Shown here piece after piece: positions 35,527-44,350 of a stretch of 64,000 nt of DNA. The translations under genes and the position numbers were made by a program. The notes under the pieces were generated by a model. That model was not told where the DNA came from. It worked only from the letters and a program-made list of their open reading frames with translations, and made no database searches. The stretch spans positions 1 to 64,000 of IMG/VR virus record IMGVR_UViG_3300045988_144418. The stretch is one strand, 5' to 3'. How positions within the stretch are numbered: position 1 is the first letter of the stretch; each line of letters opens with the position of its first letter. The stretch is from a virus.

Positions 35527-36725
35527 TAACGAAGACAGATAATACAATTAATAATCTGAAGAACCTGTTTTTGGAGGTGCTTTTGAACAAGACGGATAAG
35601 GTGTCTGACATTACGGATAATTCCGTCTTGAATGGTGTTGCCTATGGTGCAGCTAAGATTGCTCAAAAGGCGATTAAGGATGTAGCTATTGTGGAGACGC
35701 AGATATTTCCAGAGACAGCATCAGGTGAGTGGCTGGATCGTTCGGCCTTGTTGTTCGGTGTTACTCCGAGGAAATCCACACACGGTTCTTCCACCTATGT
35801 CTGTGTGTTTGCCAATCCTGGAACAGTGTATGACAAGGATGTTCAGATATTTACGAATACTAATGGGGTTCGTTTTCAACCTGAGGAGACAGTTGTTGTC
35901 GGTGATTACGGTTATGCCTACATAAAGGTTCGAAGTGTTGGTGAGGGTGCTTATACCAATGTGGCGGCAAACAGTATTCTTCGTGTTGCGCCTGTTCCTA
36001 CGGGACATATAGCCTGTACGAATGAATATTATGCGCAGGGCGGTCGTGATGAGGAGGACGATGACACTTTTAGGCGTAGGATTCTTAATCATCAGAATCT
36101 GTTTGCGACGGCTACTTTGGAAAAAATTACGCAGGTGTTTCAGAACTTTGATGATAGGATTCTTAAGATTCTGTGGGTTGGGGTTATGGAGGACGGTTTT
36201 CTTCATATTGAGGTTGCCACTCAGAACGGTCAGGATTTGTCGGAGAATGAACGATATACTTTGTTGGAACAGGCACGTCCATATTTTGGCTTGAGCGACT
36301 TGATTGTCAGCGGTCGGCTGATGGGCATTAAACTTGACAATGTTCAATGGTATGAGGTTGGAGGGAAAGCAGGGCTTGATTTCAGGTGTGAGCTGGAGGC
36401 AGGTTATGAGGTTGCTGACGTGCGCAGAAGAATTCAAATTGGTATCACTAAATATCTTGACTGGAGATACTGGACGGCAGGGTCAAAGGTGGAGTGGGAT
36501 AATATACTGGAGATAGTTAAGGCCACAGAGGGTGTGAAGTATGTGGCTTCAGAGTGGTTCTATCCAAACGAGGACGAGTATGTGTCCGAGTTTATGCTTC
36601 CTCGTGTGAAGAGGTTTATAATGAGGAATTTGGACGGTACTGTGATGGTGGATTCATCTACTTCCATTGCGATTGAACAACGATATAACGAGCTGTTCCC
36701 GTCGTATTATGCAGCGAATAACTAA
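35523..36725 (+). CDS. baseplate J-like (gp6/gpJ family) wedge protein
   Basis: The N-terminal pattern DNSVLNGVAYGAAKIAQKAIKDVAIVETQIFPETASGEWLDRSALLFGVTPR is typical of Baseplate_J. The protein is 400 aa. Confidence 0.6.
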   Translation: MITKTDNTINNLKNLFLEVLLNKTDKVSDITDNSVLNGVAYGAAKIAQKAIKDVAIVETQIFPETASGEWLDRSALLFGVTPRKSTHGSSTYVCVFANPGTVYDKDVQIFTNTNGVRFQPEETVVVGDYGYAYIKVRSVGEGAYTNVAANSILRVAPVPTGHIACTNEYYAQGGRDEEDDDTFRRRILNHQNLFATATLEKITQVFQNFDDRILKILWVGVMEDGFLHIEVATQNGQDLSENERYTLLEQARPYFGLSDLIVSGRLMGIKLDNVQWYEVGGKAGLDFRCELEAGYEVADVRRRIQIGITKYLDWRYWTAGSKVEWDNILEIVKATEGVKYVASEWFYPNEDEYVSEFMLPRVKRFIMRNLDGTVMVDSSTSIAIEQRYNELFPSYYAANN

Positions 36726-36748
36726 TTTTGTGTATAAAATATTTTGTT

Positions 36749-37048
36749 ATGGGACAGAATTATAATTTAGGCAATTATGCCCAGACAACAGGCACTAAAT
36801 TGAAGTCTGAGGACGGTTTGCGTGATCTTACTGTGCAGATAGGTGAACTCTGGGATATTTCTGGTGACTTTATGTCGACAGAGCCGTTTGCCATCAAGAA
36901 TATATCTGAGGACAATGTTACCTTGAGTGTGCGCCTTTATGGTATGATGGAGTTCATCGAGACAGTGTTTTATCCAGGATGGAACATTGAACTTGTGTGT
37001 GAGGTTAAGGCAGTTCCAGCTGGGATTATACAGGGAGGTCGTTTGTAA
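36749..37048 (+). CDS. hypothetical small baseplate/fibre-region protein
   Basis: The first ATG in the ORF is at 36749; the track start at 36728 is TTG. It is preceded by ATATTTTGTT. Confidence 0.45.
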   Translation: MGQNYNLGNYAQTTGTKLKSEDGLRDLTVQIGELWDISGDFMSTEPFAIKNISEDNVTLSVRLYGMMEFIETVFYPGWNIELVCEVKAVPAGIIQGGRL

Positions 37049-37260
37049 TGAATATCATCGGAAACATACACATTATCGGTAAGAAAGCCCTGAAGATTAT
37101 TCTTCGGTTTTTCTTCAGGAAGAGTGTTGTGTGGATTGATGATAATACACTGGAAGGAGATCAGGAGGTGATTTCCAACACTGATTGGAAACTTTATAAA
37201 GAAGGAGAACTTACTAATGATGAAGACACTGGAGTTGATTCTTTTGAGAACGAAGTTTAA
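37048..37260 (+). CDS. small hypothetical protein (70 aa), possibly membrane-active
   Basis: The N-terminal amphipathic hydrophobic stretch IIGNIHIIGKKALKIILRFFF. It overlaps the next ORF by 44 nt. Confidence 0.3.
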   Translation: MNIIGNIHIIGKKALKIILRFFFRKSVVWIDDNTLEGDQEVISNTDWKLYKEGELTNDEDTGVDSFENEV

Positions 37261-37687
37261 TGACAAGAGAACTATTGGGGAACTATTTGTCGATGGCGTA
37301 AAACTGGCGGACACGCTTGAGGACACGTTGCGTGAACTTCCTGAGAAGTGTCCATACACCCCTAAATTTAAGCCTTGTGCCTGTCCTGAAAAGGTTTATG
37401 GTCAGACCTGTATTCCAGCGGGACGATATAGGGTGAGATATCTTTATTCCAATCGGTTTAAGCGGAAGTATCCATGTGTTCAGGATGTTCCTCATTTTTT
37501 GGGTATTCTCATTCACGCAGGTTCTAATGAGGAACATTCAAAGGGGTGCATTCTTGTAGGCACTTTGGCTCAGGATGGACAGCATCTTGTGAACACATTT
37601 AAGGCTCGTGATAAGGTTTGTAACATTGTGGAAGACGCTGAGAAGAGTGGCGTGCAAGTGTGGATAACTATTAAAAATGAAAAGTGA
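37217..37687 (+). CDS. YkuD-like / DUF5675-like Cys-His enzyme, candidate endolysin
   Basis: IPAGRYRV...VPHFLGILIHAGSNEEHSKGCILVG resembles the H...S-x-G-C catalytic signature of the L,D-transpeptidase fold. A membrane protein gene follows. Confidence 0.4.
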   Translation: MMKTLELILLRTKFNDKRTIGELFVDGVKLADTLEDTLRELPEKCPYTPKFKPCACPEKVYGQTCIPAGRYRVRYLYSNRFKRKYPCVQDVPHFLGILIHAGSNEEHSKGCILVGTLAQDGQHLVNTFKARDKVCNIVEDAEKSGVQVWITIKNEK

Positions 37688-38328
37688 TTATGTGGAAAGT
37701 TGTCTGGAGATTTGTCTGTAGAAATTGGAAGTGGGTCATGATGGGGTTGCTTGTTGTGGCTTTGCTTGCTTCTATGACTTATTCCAGAAACATGCGGTTG
37801 CGGTGGCTTCGTGAAAAGGGTAATACGGAGGCACTTACCATGAAATATCGGTTGTCCGAGACAAAGCGGGGTGAAGCAGTGACCACCATTCAGGAGTTGC
37901 AATATACGGTTGATGAGTTTAAGAAGCGTCAAGCAGATGATGCTGCAACCATAAAAGAACTAAAGATTCGTGCAAGTGAGGTGCGTGAGGTGGTGAAGAC
38001 GGTCGTTGAGACGAAGATTATGTATAAAGATACAGTGATTTTGATGCGACCTGATTCTATTCTACACTGGAATCGTGATACAAAGTGGTGGTCAGTGCAA
38101 CAGACGATAGATTTGGCAAAAAATCCGCCTATTACGGAATTTAATCTACATACTCGGGATAGTTTGACACATTACCTGTATTGTGTCCCTAAATGTCGGT
38201 TTTTAGGTTTGCATTTTGGTGCTAAAAGGTATGAGATAAAGGTTGTGAATCACAACCCTAATTCTACGATAAGCTATGCGAGGTGGATTTCTGTGTCAAA
38301 GGATAAACAAAAAAGGTATAGAGAATAG
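37684..38328 (+). CDS. membrane-anchored protein (N-terminal TM helix plus coiled coil), candidate spanin/holin-type lysis component
   Basis: WKWVMMGLLVVALLASMTY is a TM segment. The gene overlaps the upstream candidate lysin by 4 nt. Confidence 0.35.
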   Translation: MIMWKVVWRFVCRNWKWVMMGLLVVALLASMTYSRNMRLRWLREKGNTEALTMKYRLSETKRGEAVTTIQELQYTVDEFKKRQADDAATIKELKIRASEVREVVKTVVETKIMYKDTVILMRPDSILHWNRDTKWWSVQQTIDLAKNPPITEFNLHTRDSLTHYLYCVPKCRFLGLHFGAKRYEIKVVNHNPNSTISYARWISVSKDKQKRYRE

Positions 38329-40866
38329 ATGGCTTCATTTGTATTGGCGGAGTTTCCGCAGGTCGGGACAGGATTCACGGTAAAGACACAGTCAATTCCA
38401 TTGGCTGGACTTGTCTGTGTTATGCGTATGGCGAGAGCTAACTCCGGAAGCCTATTTAGATATTCGCTTGATGGTGGGCTGACATACACTGAATGGTTCA
38501 CTGTCAATGATGAATCTCTAAAGGCGTGTCTTGATATGAAGGATACGTTTGAGGTGGTGCTTGACTATGTAACCAAGGTTAAGGGTTCAGATCCTTCAGG
38601 AAGGATAGTTTTTAATAAGGACATTTTGAATATGCCGTCCAGCGGTGCTCCAGTACAGAATGGCATATCTTCCAGTGATGAGTGGGAGATAACCATTGGT
38701 GCTGAAAGTGAATCTACCGAGCCTATTGAAGATGGAATGCAGCCTGTTGATTCAGTGGTGTATGACAGAACAGGCTTTAAAAGTTTCTTTGATGTAAATG
38801 ATCTGGATGTTGTTGGGTGGGCTTGGAACGTTCTCGAAAAGATGTATATACATGGAGTTGTTCCCATCTATATTTCCAGAATTAATGCTGATGACTTTAA
38901 TTCCTTCTTTTTGGCCATTACCCATTTATTTGCGATAATAGTGGTCTATGGACGAAAGTATCGCAGAATAGAGGACAGTGAGGTTTTGATGAAGACGTTT
39001 CTGGAGCAGTGGGGTATTGTATATGAGACAATATTCACTCAAGAGGAACGAACCAATATTTTCAATGATTGGATAGGGGTCTTCAGCGAGAGGGGCACTT
39101 CGCAGATTGCTGACGAGGGTGTGCCCAATAGAGAGCTTCGCAGATTGCTTGGATATGGTAGGCCAAGTGAGTTTCTATTTGCCGTTCTGGAACCTTGTAA
39201 TGTTGGGTGGTGTGTCGGTTATTCCTCTCCTATGTGGTACGGCACGGAATCAGTGAATGCCGTTTCAAAAGGGTGGGACTATGGTTTGGATTGGCTTCGT
39301 GGTAGTGAGATGAGAGGTGTTGGTTCTATGCAGCACTATCCTGTTGTTGGCAGTATTTCCAGAATCAACACGACTGATGGGTATGTTTTTCAGACAGGTT
39401 CCGGACGATGCGGTCTATATTCCACTAACAAGTCCAAGGCTATTGAGGTTTATTCCGGAATGGACTATGAAGTGACTGTTTGGGTTAAGGCTTTATCAAG
39501 TGGTGCGCAGAATATTGACTTTGGTGTCAACTGTTTTGATGCCAATGGTGGAGTTTTGAAACAGGTCGGCCTTACCGATCTCCGAATCTCGGATAGCTTT
39601 TTTGATAGGGATGCTGATCATAGCCCTTGCCTTGTTCCTAACGTGTGGTATAGGTTACGGGGTGTTATTTATAACGTGCTTGCTGACAGGGATTTAAATT
39701 TAGCATTGAATTTTAAGGGTGGGAGACCTTTGAAGTTTGCCAACGGTACGGCATATCTGGCTCCATACATTATTCAAGATGGTCAGTCCAGTGTCACGAT
39801 GCAGATTGGCGGTGTGACGGTGAAGCCGTTGTATCTTTTTCCAAGACACCAGACATACAATGTATCTATTGGTGATTCAGTTCCTATGCTGATGGATGGA
39901 TATCCAGTGCAGGAACATTCGTGGAAGAACGGTGCTGGAAATGATATGGTTACGACCATATCTCCAGTGGGGCAGGGTTTTTTGGGGTCAAAGGATGTTG
40001 TAGCCATTTATTCGCAGATTAATTCCGCCAGAACCAAGAAGGATGTAGAGTTATTTATTAGGAATTATCTTCTCTCCTATAAGGAGGTCTTCTGGGGTGC
40101 ATGGCTTGATTATATTCGTCGTTCATCCTATTATCTTACATTTGCCGTGACAAAGGCAATTAATGGGGTTCCTCTTGAGGGTGTTGTTGTTACATTAAGT
40201 AATGGTTTGTCGGGAACAACGGATGAGGAGGGTTATATTCGATTTGAGGTTGAGACAGGCGTCACAGTGAACTGGGATGCTGTGATGAAGGGTGTTCGTG
40301 AGGTTGGCACAGTACAGATGACTGATGATAGGCTGGTGGAGGTGGCCTTGAATTTGCCTGTGAATGTGAATGTTTCCATTTATCAGGACGGTTGGGGTAC
40401 GGTTAAGGTTGGAGGTTCTCTTATTCCTGGATCCATTATGACGTTGACAGCTGTTGGTAAGAAAGGGTTCACGTTTAAGTCCTGGGAGGTGAACTATGAA
40501 GGGTTTACGGTTAATCCATTGAATTATCCTATTACAGGTTATGTGGATCCTATTGATGTGCTTGCCATTTTTGAGCGAAGTGGTGAGTTTGTGTTTGTTC
40601 CTCATAGGGTTGAGATTCCTTATGATGGGGGAACTGCTATTGTTCAGGCCTTATCATCCAAGAAGTGGGCTTTGGATGCTATTGATGCAGATTGGGTGTC
40701 TGTAAGTCCGAAGTCAGGAGGGGCAGGGGCGACTGAGATAAGAATTAATGTAAGTGACACTACCTATGACAAGTTCACTGTAAAGTCTGAGGGTTCTGAT
40801 GGCTATGAAGCCTTTACCTGTGAGACCGGAGGAAGTATTGCTGATGAATTGTTTGTAAAAAAATAA
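38329..40866 (+). CDS. tail fibre / receptor-binding protein with CBM-like core and one intact C-terminal BACON-like domain
   Basis: 845 aa. YSGMDYEVTVWVKALSSGAQNIDFGVNCFDANG is a jelly-roll/CBM-like segment. The C-terminus VEIPYDGGTAIVQALSSKKWALDAIDADWVSVSPKSGGAGATEIRINV (40609-40758) is a BACON-like domain. Confidence 0.55.
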   Translation: MASFVLAEFPQVGTGFTVKTQSIPLAGLVCVMRMARANSGSLFRYSLDGGLTYTEWFTVNDESLKACLDMKDTFEVVLDYVTKVKGSDPSGRIVFNKDILNMPSSGAPVQNGISSSDEWEITIGAESESTEPIEDGMQPVDSVVYDRTGFKSFFDVNDLDVVGWAWNVLEKMYIHGVVPIYISRINADDFNSFFLAITHLFAIIVVYGRKYRRIEDSEVLMKTFLEQWGIVYETIFTQEERTNIFNDWIGVFSERGTSQIADEGVPNRELRRLLGYGRPSEFLFAVLEPCNVGWCVGYSSPMWYGTESVNAVSKGWDYGLDWLRGSEMRGVGSMQHYPVVGSISRINTTDGYVFQTGSGRCGLYSTNKSKAIEVYSGMDYEVTVWVKALSSGAQNIDFGVNCFDANGGVLKQVGLTDLRISDSFFDRDADHSPCLVPNVWYRLRGVIYNVLADRDLNLALNFKGGRPLKFANGTAYLAPYIIQDGQSSVTMQIGGVTVKPLYLFPRHQTYNVSIGDSVPMLMDGYPVQEHSWKNGAGNDMVTTISPVGQGFLGSKDVVAIYSQINSARTKKDVELFIRNYLLSYKEVFWGAWLDYIRRSSYYLTFAVTKAINGVPLEGVVVTLSNGLSGTTDEEGYIRFEVETGVTVNWDAVMKGVREVGTVQMTDDRLVEVALNLPVNVNVSIYQDGWGTVKVGGSLIPGSIMTLTAVGKKGFTFKSWEVNYEGFTVNPLNYPITGYVDPIDVLAIFERSGEFVFVPHRVEIPYDGGTAIVQALSSKKWALDAIDADWVSVSPKSGGAGATEIRINVSDTTYDKFTVKSEGSDGYEAFTCETGGSIADELFVKK

Positions 40867-40878
40867 ATAGATTGCGAT

Positions 40879-41763
40879 ATGAGCAGAATTAATATTCACA
40901 GAGGAACATTCTTGGAGAAAGAGGAGCTTGTGCGAATGTTGTCATTCCTGGAGGACAGAGATGATATATCAGCGGTTCTTTCCTCCTCTTTGACATACGG
41001 CATTGTTTCTCCAGGAGCAAAGGCAGGAACGGCATTTTCTATCTCTATTTCGGCGAAGGGTAATGCGGTCGACGTTGTAGGAGGATACATTATTACATCA
41101 GCTAATAAGGCCTTTAGATTACCTGATACGACAGAGTTTGCTATTCCAGAGGACAATCAGTTCTATTGGCTGAAGATTAGTCCAAGGGAACGGAACTATG
41201 AGGATGGAACTGTTCAAGTGGATGTGTCTGGAAATGTTTCCGGAAGTGTATCCTTTAATGGTGTTGTTCGTAGTCAGTCATCGGGTGTTCCTACGTGTAT
41301 TAAGTTTGTGAAGGATAATGGTTTCACACCGAAGAACAGTCAGGTTTATCAGGTTGTGGATATTGTGGATGATAATAATATCATTCTATCTGGCGGTCAG
41401 GCGTTTGTGAAGGAATCTGATCTCAAGGTTGTGGTGCTTGGTTCCATTCCGATGGGTAGGAGGTTTACTGATGAACAGTTGGAGGGTCTTTATACCTTTA
41501 CTGATGTAGAGATTAGTCTTGTTGAGGAAGTGGTTACTGGGGAAGCTCCACAGAAAGACAATGATGAATACTATATTGCCAGAATAAAGAACAACGGTGG
41601 AAATATTGTGTGGAGTGATGAACGTTCTGAATTTTGGAGTCTTGGAGGTGGTGGGGGTGTTCCAGTACCACAAGGATATGAAAGTTTTCAGGTTCTTACC
41701 GAAACTGGCTTGTATGAGAACTTTGAGGTTATTGACGGGATTTTGCAGGTGGTTGAACAGTAA
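40879..41763 (+). CDS. putative tail fibre-associated protein (294 aa)
   Basis: The call is positional only. Confidence 0.4.
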   Translation: MSRINIHRGTFLEKEELVRMLSFLEDRDDISAVLSSSLTYGIVSPGAKAGTAFSISISAKGNAVDVVGGYIITSANKAFRLPDTTEFAIPEDNQFYWLKISPRERNYEDGTVQVDVSGNVSGSVSFNGVVRSQSSGVPTCIKFVKDNGFTPKNSQVYQVVDIVDDNNIILSGGQAFVKESDLKVVVLGSIPMGRRFTDEQLEGLYTFTDVEISLVEEVVTGEAPQKDNDEYYIARIKNNGGNIVWSDERSEFWSLGGGGGVPVPQGYESFQVLTETGLYENFEVIDGILQVVEQ

Positions 41764-41775
41764 AGGAAGTGAATT

Positions 41776-42351
41776 ATGCAACTCTACTATACAACGACAA
41801 CAGGCTATAATGCTATTCAGACAAATCCAAGCAGGTCACTTGGAGGATTTAAGTCATCAACGCTTGTTATTAATGATGATTTTTCTAATCTTTTTGATGA
41901 CGTGTCCATTATGACGGTGCGTAATGCACGTCCGGAATATAGGGCTATCATTCTGAGGAATGAATTTATGAGTCAGGTTCGCAAGGTGAAAGTGTCGGTG
42001 AAGAATGCGGCAGATTCTATATGCCGATATAAGATGGCTGTGGAATATCTTGTTACGACTGACAAGTATGGTACAAAGAAAATGAGTAACGTTCAGTCGG
42101 CTCAGAGTAGGCCGTTTGCCGCACAGTTTGTGGATATGTCAGAGGGTGTGGTGCTTGATCTTGCAGAAACGCTTAATTCGGGTCAGGAAGTTGGTATCTG
42201 GATATGTCGTGAAATTGACAAAGTAAAGGCTAAAGAGCAATATGACAATGTCTGCAAGCCTGATCCGACAGATCCTACTGGAAGACGCTATGTGGCGGTG
42301 GAACGACTAACCGAGGAAGCCGTTGATATAGTGGTTGACTGGAAAGGTTAG
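41776..42351 (+). CDS. hypothetical protein (191 aa)
   Basis: ORF at the end of the structural module. Confidence 0.5.
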   Translation: MQLYYTTTTGYNAIQTNPSRSLGGFKSSTLVINDDFSNLFDDVSIMTVRNARPEYRAIILRNEFMSQVRKVKVSVKNAADSICRYKMAVEYLVTTDKYGTKKMSNVQSAQSRPFAAQFVDMSEGVVLDLAETLNSGQEVGIWICREIDKVKAKEQYDNVCKPDPTDPTGRRYVAVERLTEEAVDIVVDWKG

Positions 42352-42382
42352 TCAGTCTGATTAAGTTAGAAATGATTTCGTT

Positions 42383-42910
42383 ATGTTGTATGACACAGAC
42401 ATTTATCAGAACATTGTTCTGACTCTATATGATTATCTTCAACGAAGTGTGAAGAAGATGCCACGTTCCATAAAGTGGGAAAAACCGTCTCATCGAAAGA
42501 CGGTTATTTCTTTTATAGAAAGTCTTCCTGATACAGCAGGGGTACAGTTTATTTGGGATTTTCTGGTTTTCCAGTTTTACATCTATAATTTTCAGGATCA
42601 AAAGTTGCGACCTCTTCCCGCTTGGTTTATGGGTAAGGAAGCGTGGGATCGGTGGAAATCTTATGATAGTGGTGCAAGGTATCACGCTTTTGAATGGGCA
42701 GGTGAACATCATATAGAAAATCCATTGAGAAATGTAAATTATAAAAATGTTGCACAGAGTGTGTTGGAAGCGGAAAGGCTGAGAATGTCTCGTATATCTG
42801 GGCCGAATTATTGTGGTTTGAAGTATGATAACCCCTATGATGGATCCAGTAGAATGTGCATGTCATGTCCATTTGTATGGGACTGTGATACTCTTTATGG
42901 AGGGAAATGA
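42383..42910 (+). CDS. hypothetical protein (175 aa)
   Basis: ORF preceded by the AGAAATGATTTCGTT element. It has a Cys-rich C-terminus (CMSCPFVWDC). Confidence 0.5.
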   Translation: MLYDTDIYQNIVLTLYDYLQRSVKKMPRSIKWEKPSHRKTVISFIESLPDTAGVQFIWDFLVFQFYIYNFQDQKLRPLPAWFMGKEAWDRWKSYDSGARYHAFEWAGEHHIENPLRNVNYKNVAQSVLEAERLRMSRISGPNYCGLKYDNPYDGSSRMCMSCPFVWDCDTLYGGK

Positions 42911-42911
42911 T

Positions 42912-43307
42912 ATGGGTGTAAAGGGAGTTTGTCGTAAGTGTGGACGTGAGACAGTGATAGTTAATAAGACGCACTGTTTGTGTAGTGGCTGTAATTATAG
43001 GCGACTGCATAATGGTCTGTCACGGTTTGAATATAAGTTTATGACGATGAAGTTTCCGGAGCGAGCACGGAAAAAGCGTACTGGGGAGGCGGAGCTTTTT
43101 AGGGAGATATGGGCGGAGCGACCACACATTTGTTCACATTGTGGCCGACAGCTTCCTCCTCCTATGCGAGCAGGTTATTTCAGCCATATTCATTCCAAGG
43201 GGGCAAGACCTGACTTGCGGCTTTGCAAGGATAATATAGAATTGTTATGTCTGGAGTGTCATTCACGGCACGAATTTGGATTTAATTATGAAAGAGATTC
43301 TCATTAA
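42912..43307 (+). CDS. HNH endonuclease (zinc-ribbon plus HNH)
   Basis: CRKCGRE..CLCSGC and CSHCGRQ zinc-ribbon motifs are followed by HIHSKGARPDLRLCKDNIELLCLECHSRHE, an H-N-H pattern. The start could also be 42897. Confidence 0.65.
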   Translation: MGVKGVCRKCGRETVIVNKTHCLCSGCNYRRLHNGLSRFEYKFMTMKFPERARKKRTGEAELFREIWAERPHICSHCGRQLPPPMRAGYFSHIHSKGARPDLRLCKDNIELLCLECHSRHEFGFNYERDSH

Positions 43308-43677
43308 GTTAAAGTTACTGGCTGACTCCTTAGGAATAGGTGCTGTGTCAGCGGAGGTTGAAAAGATTATGCTTCAGGAACAGCAGGTGTCAACGGAAAC
43401 GGTTCTTCGTCTGCTTGGCGAGTTGCTGTCAATGCTGTCCACTATGGGCAGAAGGATGATGCACTTTAGGGACAGGACAGGCCAGATTCTTTCCAAGGGC
43501 TTTATCATTATGTTCCGTAAGAGTGAGACAGTTGAGGGTGAGCCTACTATTGTTATCAATGACTTTGGTGCAGGACTAAAGGCGGAGAACAACCCTGTTA
43601 TAGAACTGGAGCTTGTTTATGACGATGTTGACGTGCGTGATGAGGACTTTGACACGTTATTATTAATGAAAAACTAA
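43288..43677 (+). CDS. hypothetical protein (129 aa)
   Basis: The first ATG is at 43288; the track start at 43276 is TTG. A small terminase subunit role is possible but unsupported. Confidence 0.45.
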   Translation: MKEILIKLKLLADSLGIGAVSAEVEKIMLQEQQVSTETVLRLLGELLSMLSTMGRRMMHFRDRTGQILSKGFIIMFRKSETVEGEPTIVINDFGAGLKAENNPVIELELVYDDVDVRDEDFDTLLLMKN

Positions 43678-43690
43678 AAATGATTTTGTT

Positions 43691-44350
43691 ATGAATTCCA
43701 CGATTAGGTACATAATTGTTGGTGACAGTGAGACTGGAGGGCTTCCTAATAAGGGCAAACAGGCTTTCTATGACATTGCACTGTGTGAATTTGCCTTTGT
43801 CGTTATAGATATTCAGGAAATGAAAGTGGTGGAGGAATGGAGTACACTCTTTAGACCCTATAAGGACAATCTTGAGTATAACCCCCAGGCACTTGAGGTC
43901 AATGGTCTTACGGTTGAACAGTTGCAGAAAAGCGGTGATGACCTGAAGAACATCTATAAGGAAATGATCATGTTGTTTAAGAAGTATAAGAATCCTCGTA
44001 TAGGAGCGGTACTTGCAGGACATAATTTTCAGCCGTTTGATATGCCTTTTCTCACTAATATGTTTGAGTTTTGCGGTGATAGCATCTGGAATTATGTCAC
44101 GTTCGTGGAGGACACCATGAAGCTGGCTTGGTATCGTGCCAAGGAGCAGGAAAATTACAAGCTCGGAACGTGCTGTCGTATGGAGGGTGTTGATTTGGTT
44201 AACGCTCATCGTGCGCTTGCTGACACAAAGGCGAACGCCCTGTTGCTTTTGAAATACATTTCCTATATGCGTGGCTCTGGAGAGGGTTCGAGCGTTGCGA
44301 TTCCAAGAATGAAGCCGTCTTCCTTTAGAGAGACCTTTCAACTTGTGTAG
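43691..44350 (+). CDS. DEDDh 3'-5' exonuclease (DnaQ / Pol III epsilon-like)
   Basis: ExoI IVGDSETGGL, ExoII AGHNFQPFDMPFL, ExoIII HRALADTKAN. Confidence 0.75.
   Translation: MNSTIRYIIVGDSETGGLPNKGKQAFYDIALCEFAFVVIDIQEMKVVEEWSTLFRPYKDNLEYNPQALEVNGLTVEQLQKSGDDLKNIYKEMIMLFKKYKNPRIGAVLAGHNFQPFDMPFLTNMFEFCGDSIWNYVTFVEDTMKLAWYRAKEQENYKLGTCCRMEGVDLVNAHRALADTKANALLLLKYISYMRGSGEGSSVAIPRMKPSSFRETFQLV

Noticed and set aside
35721-36437. 238-aa minus-strand ORF
   Set aside because: It is antisense to the baseplate J-like gene, which has clear family motifs. The antisense ORF is of low complexity, is rich in rare residues and has no start context.
43598-44341. 247-aa minus-strand ORF
   Set aside because: It is antisense to the exonuclease gene, which carries all three DEDDh motifs. 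It is spurious.
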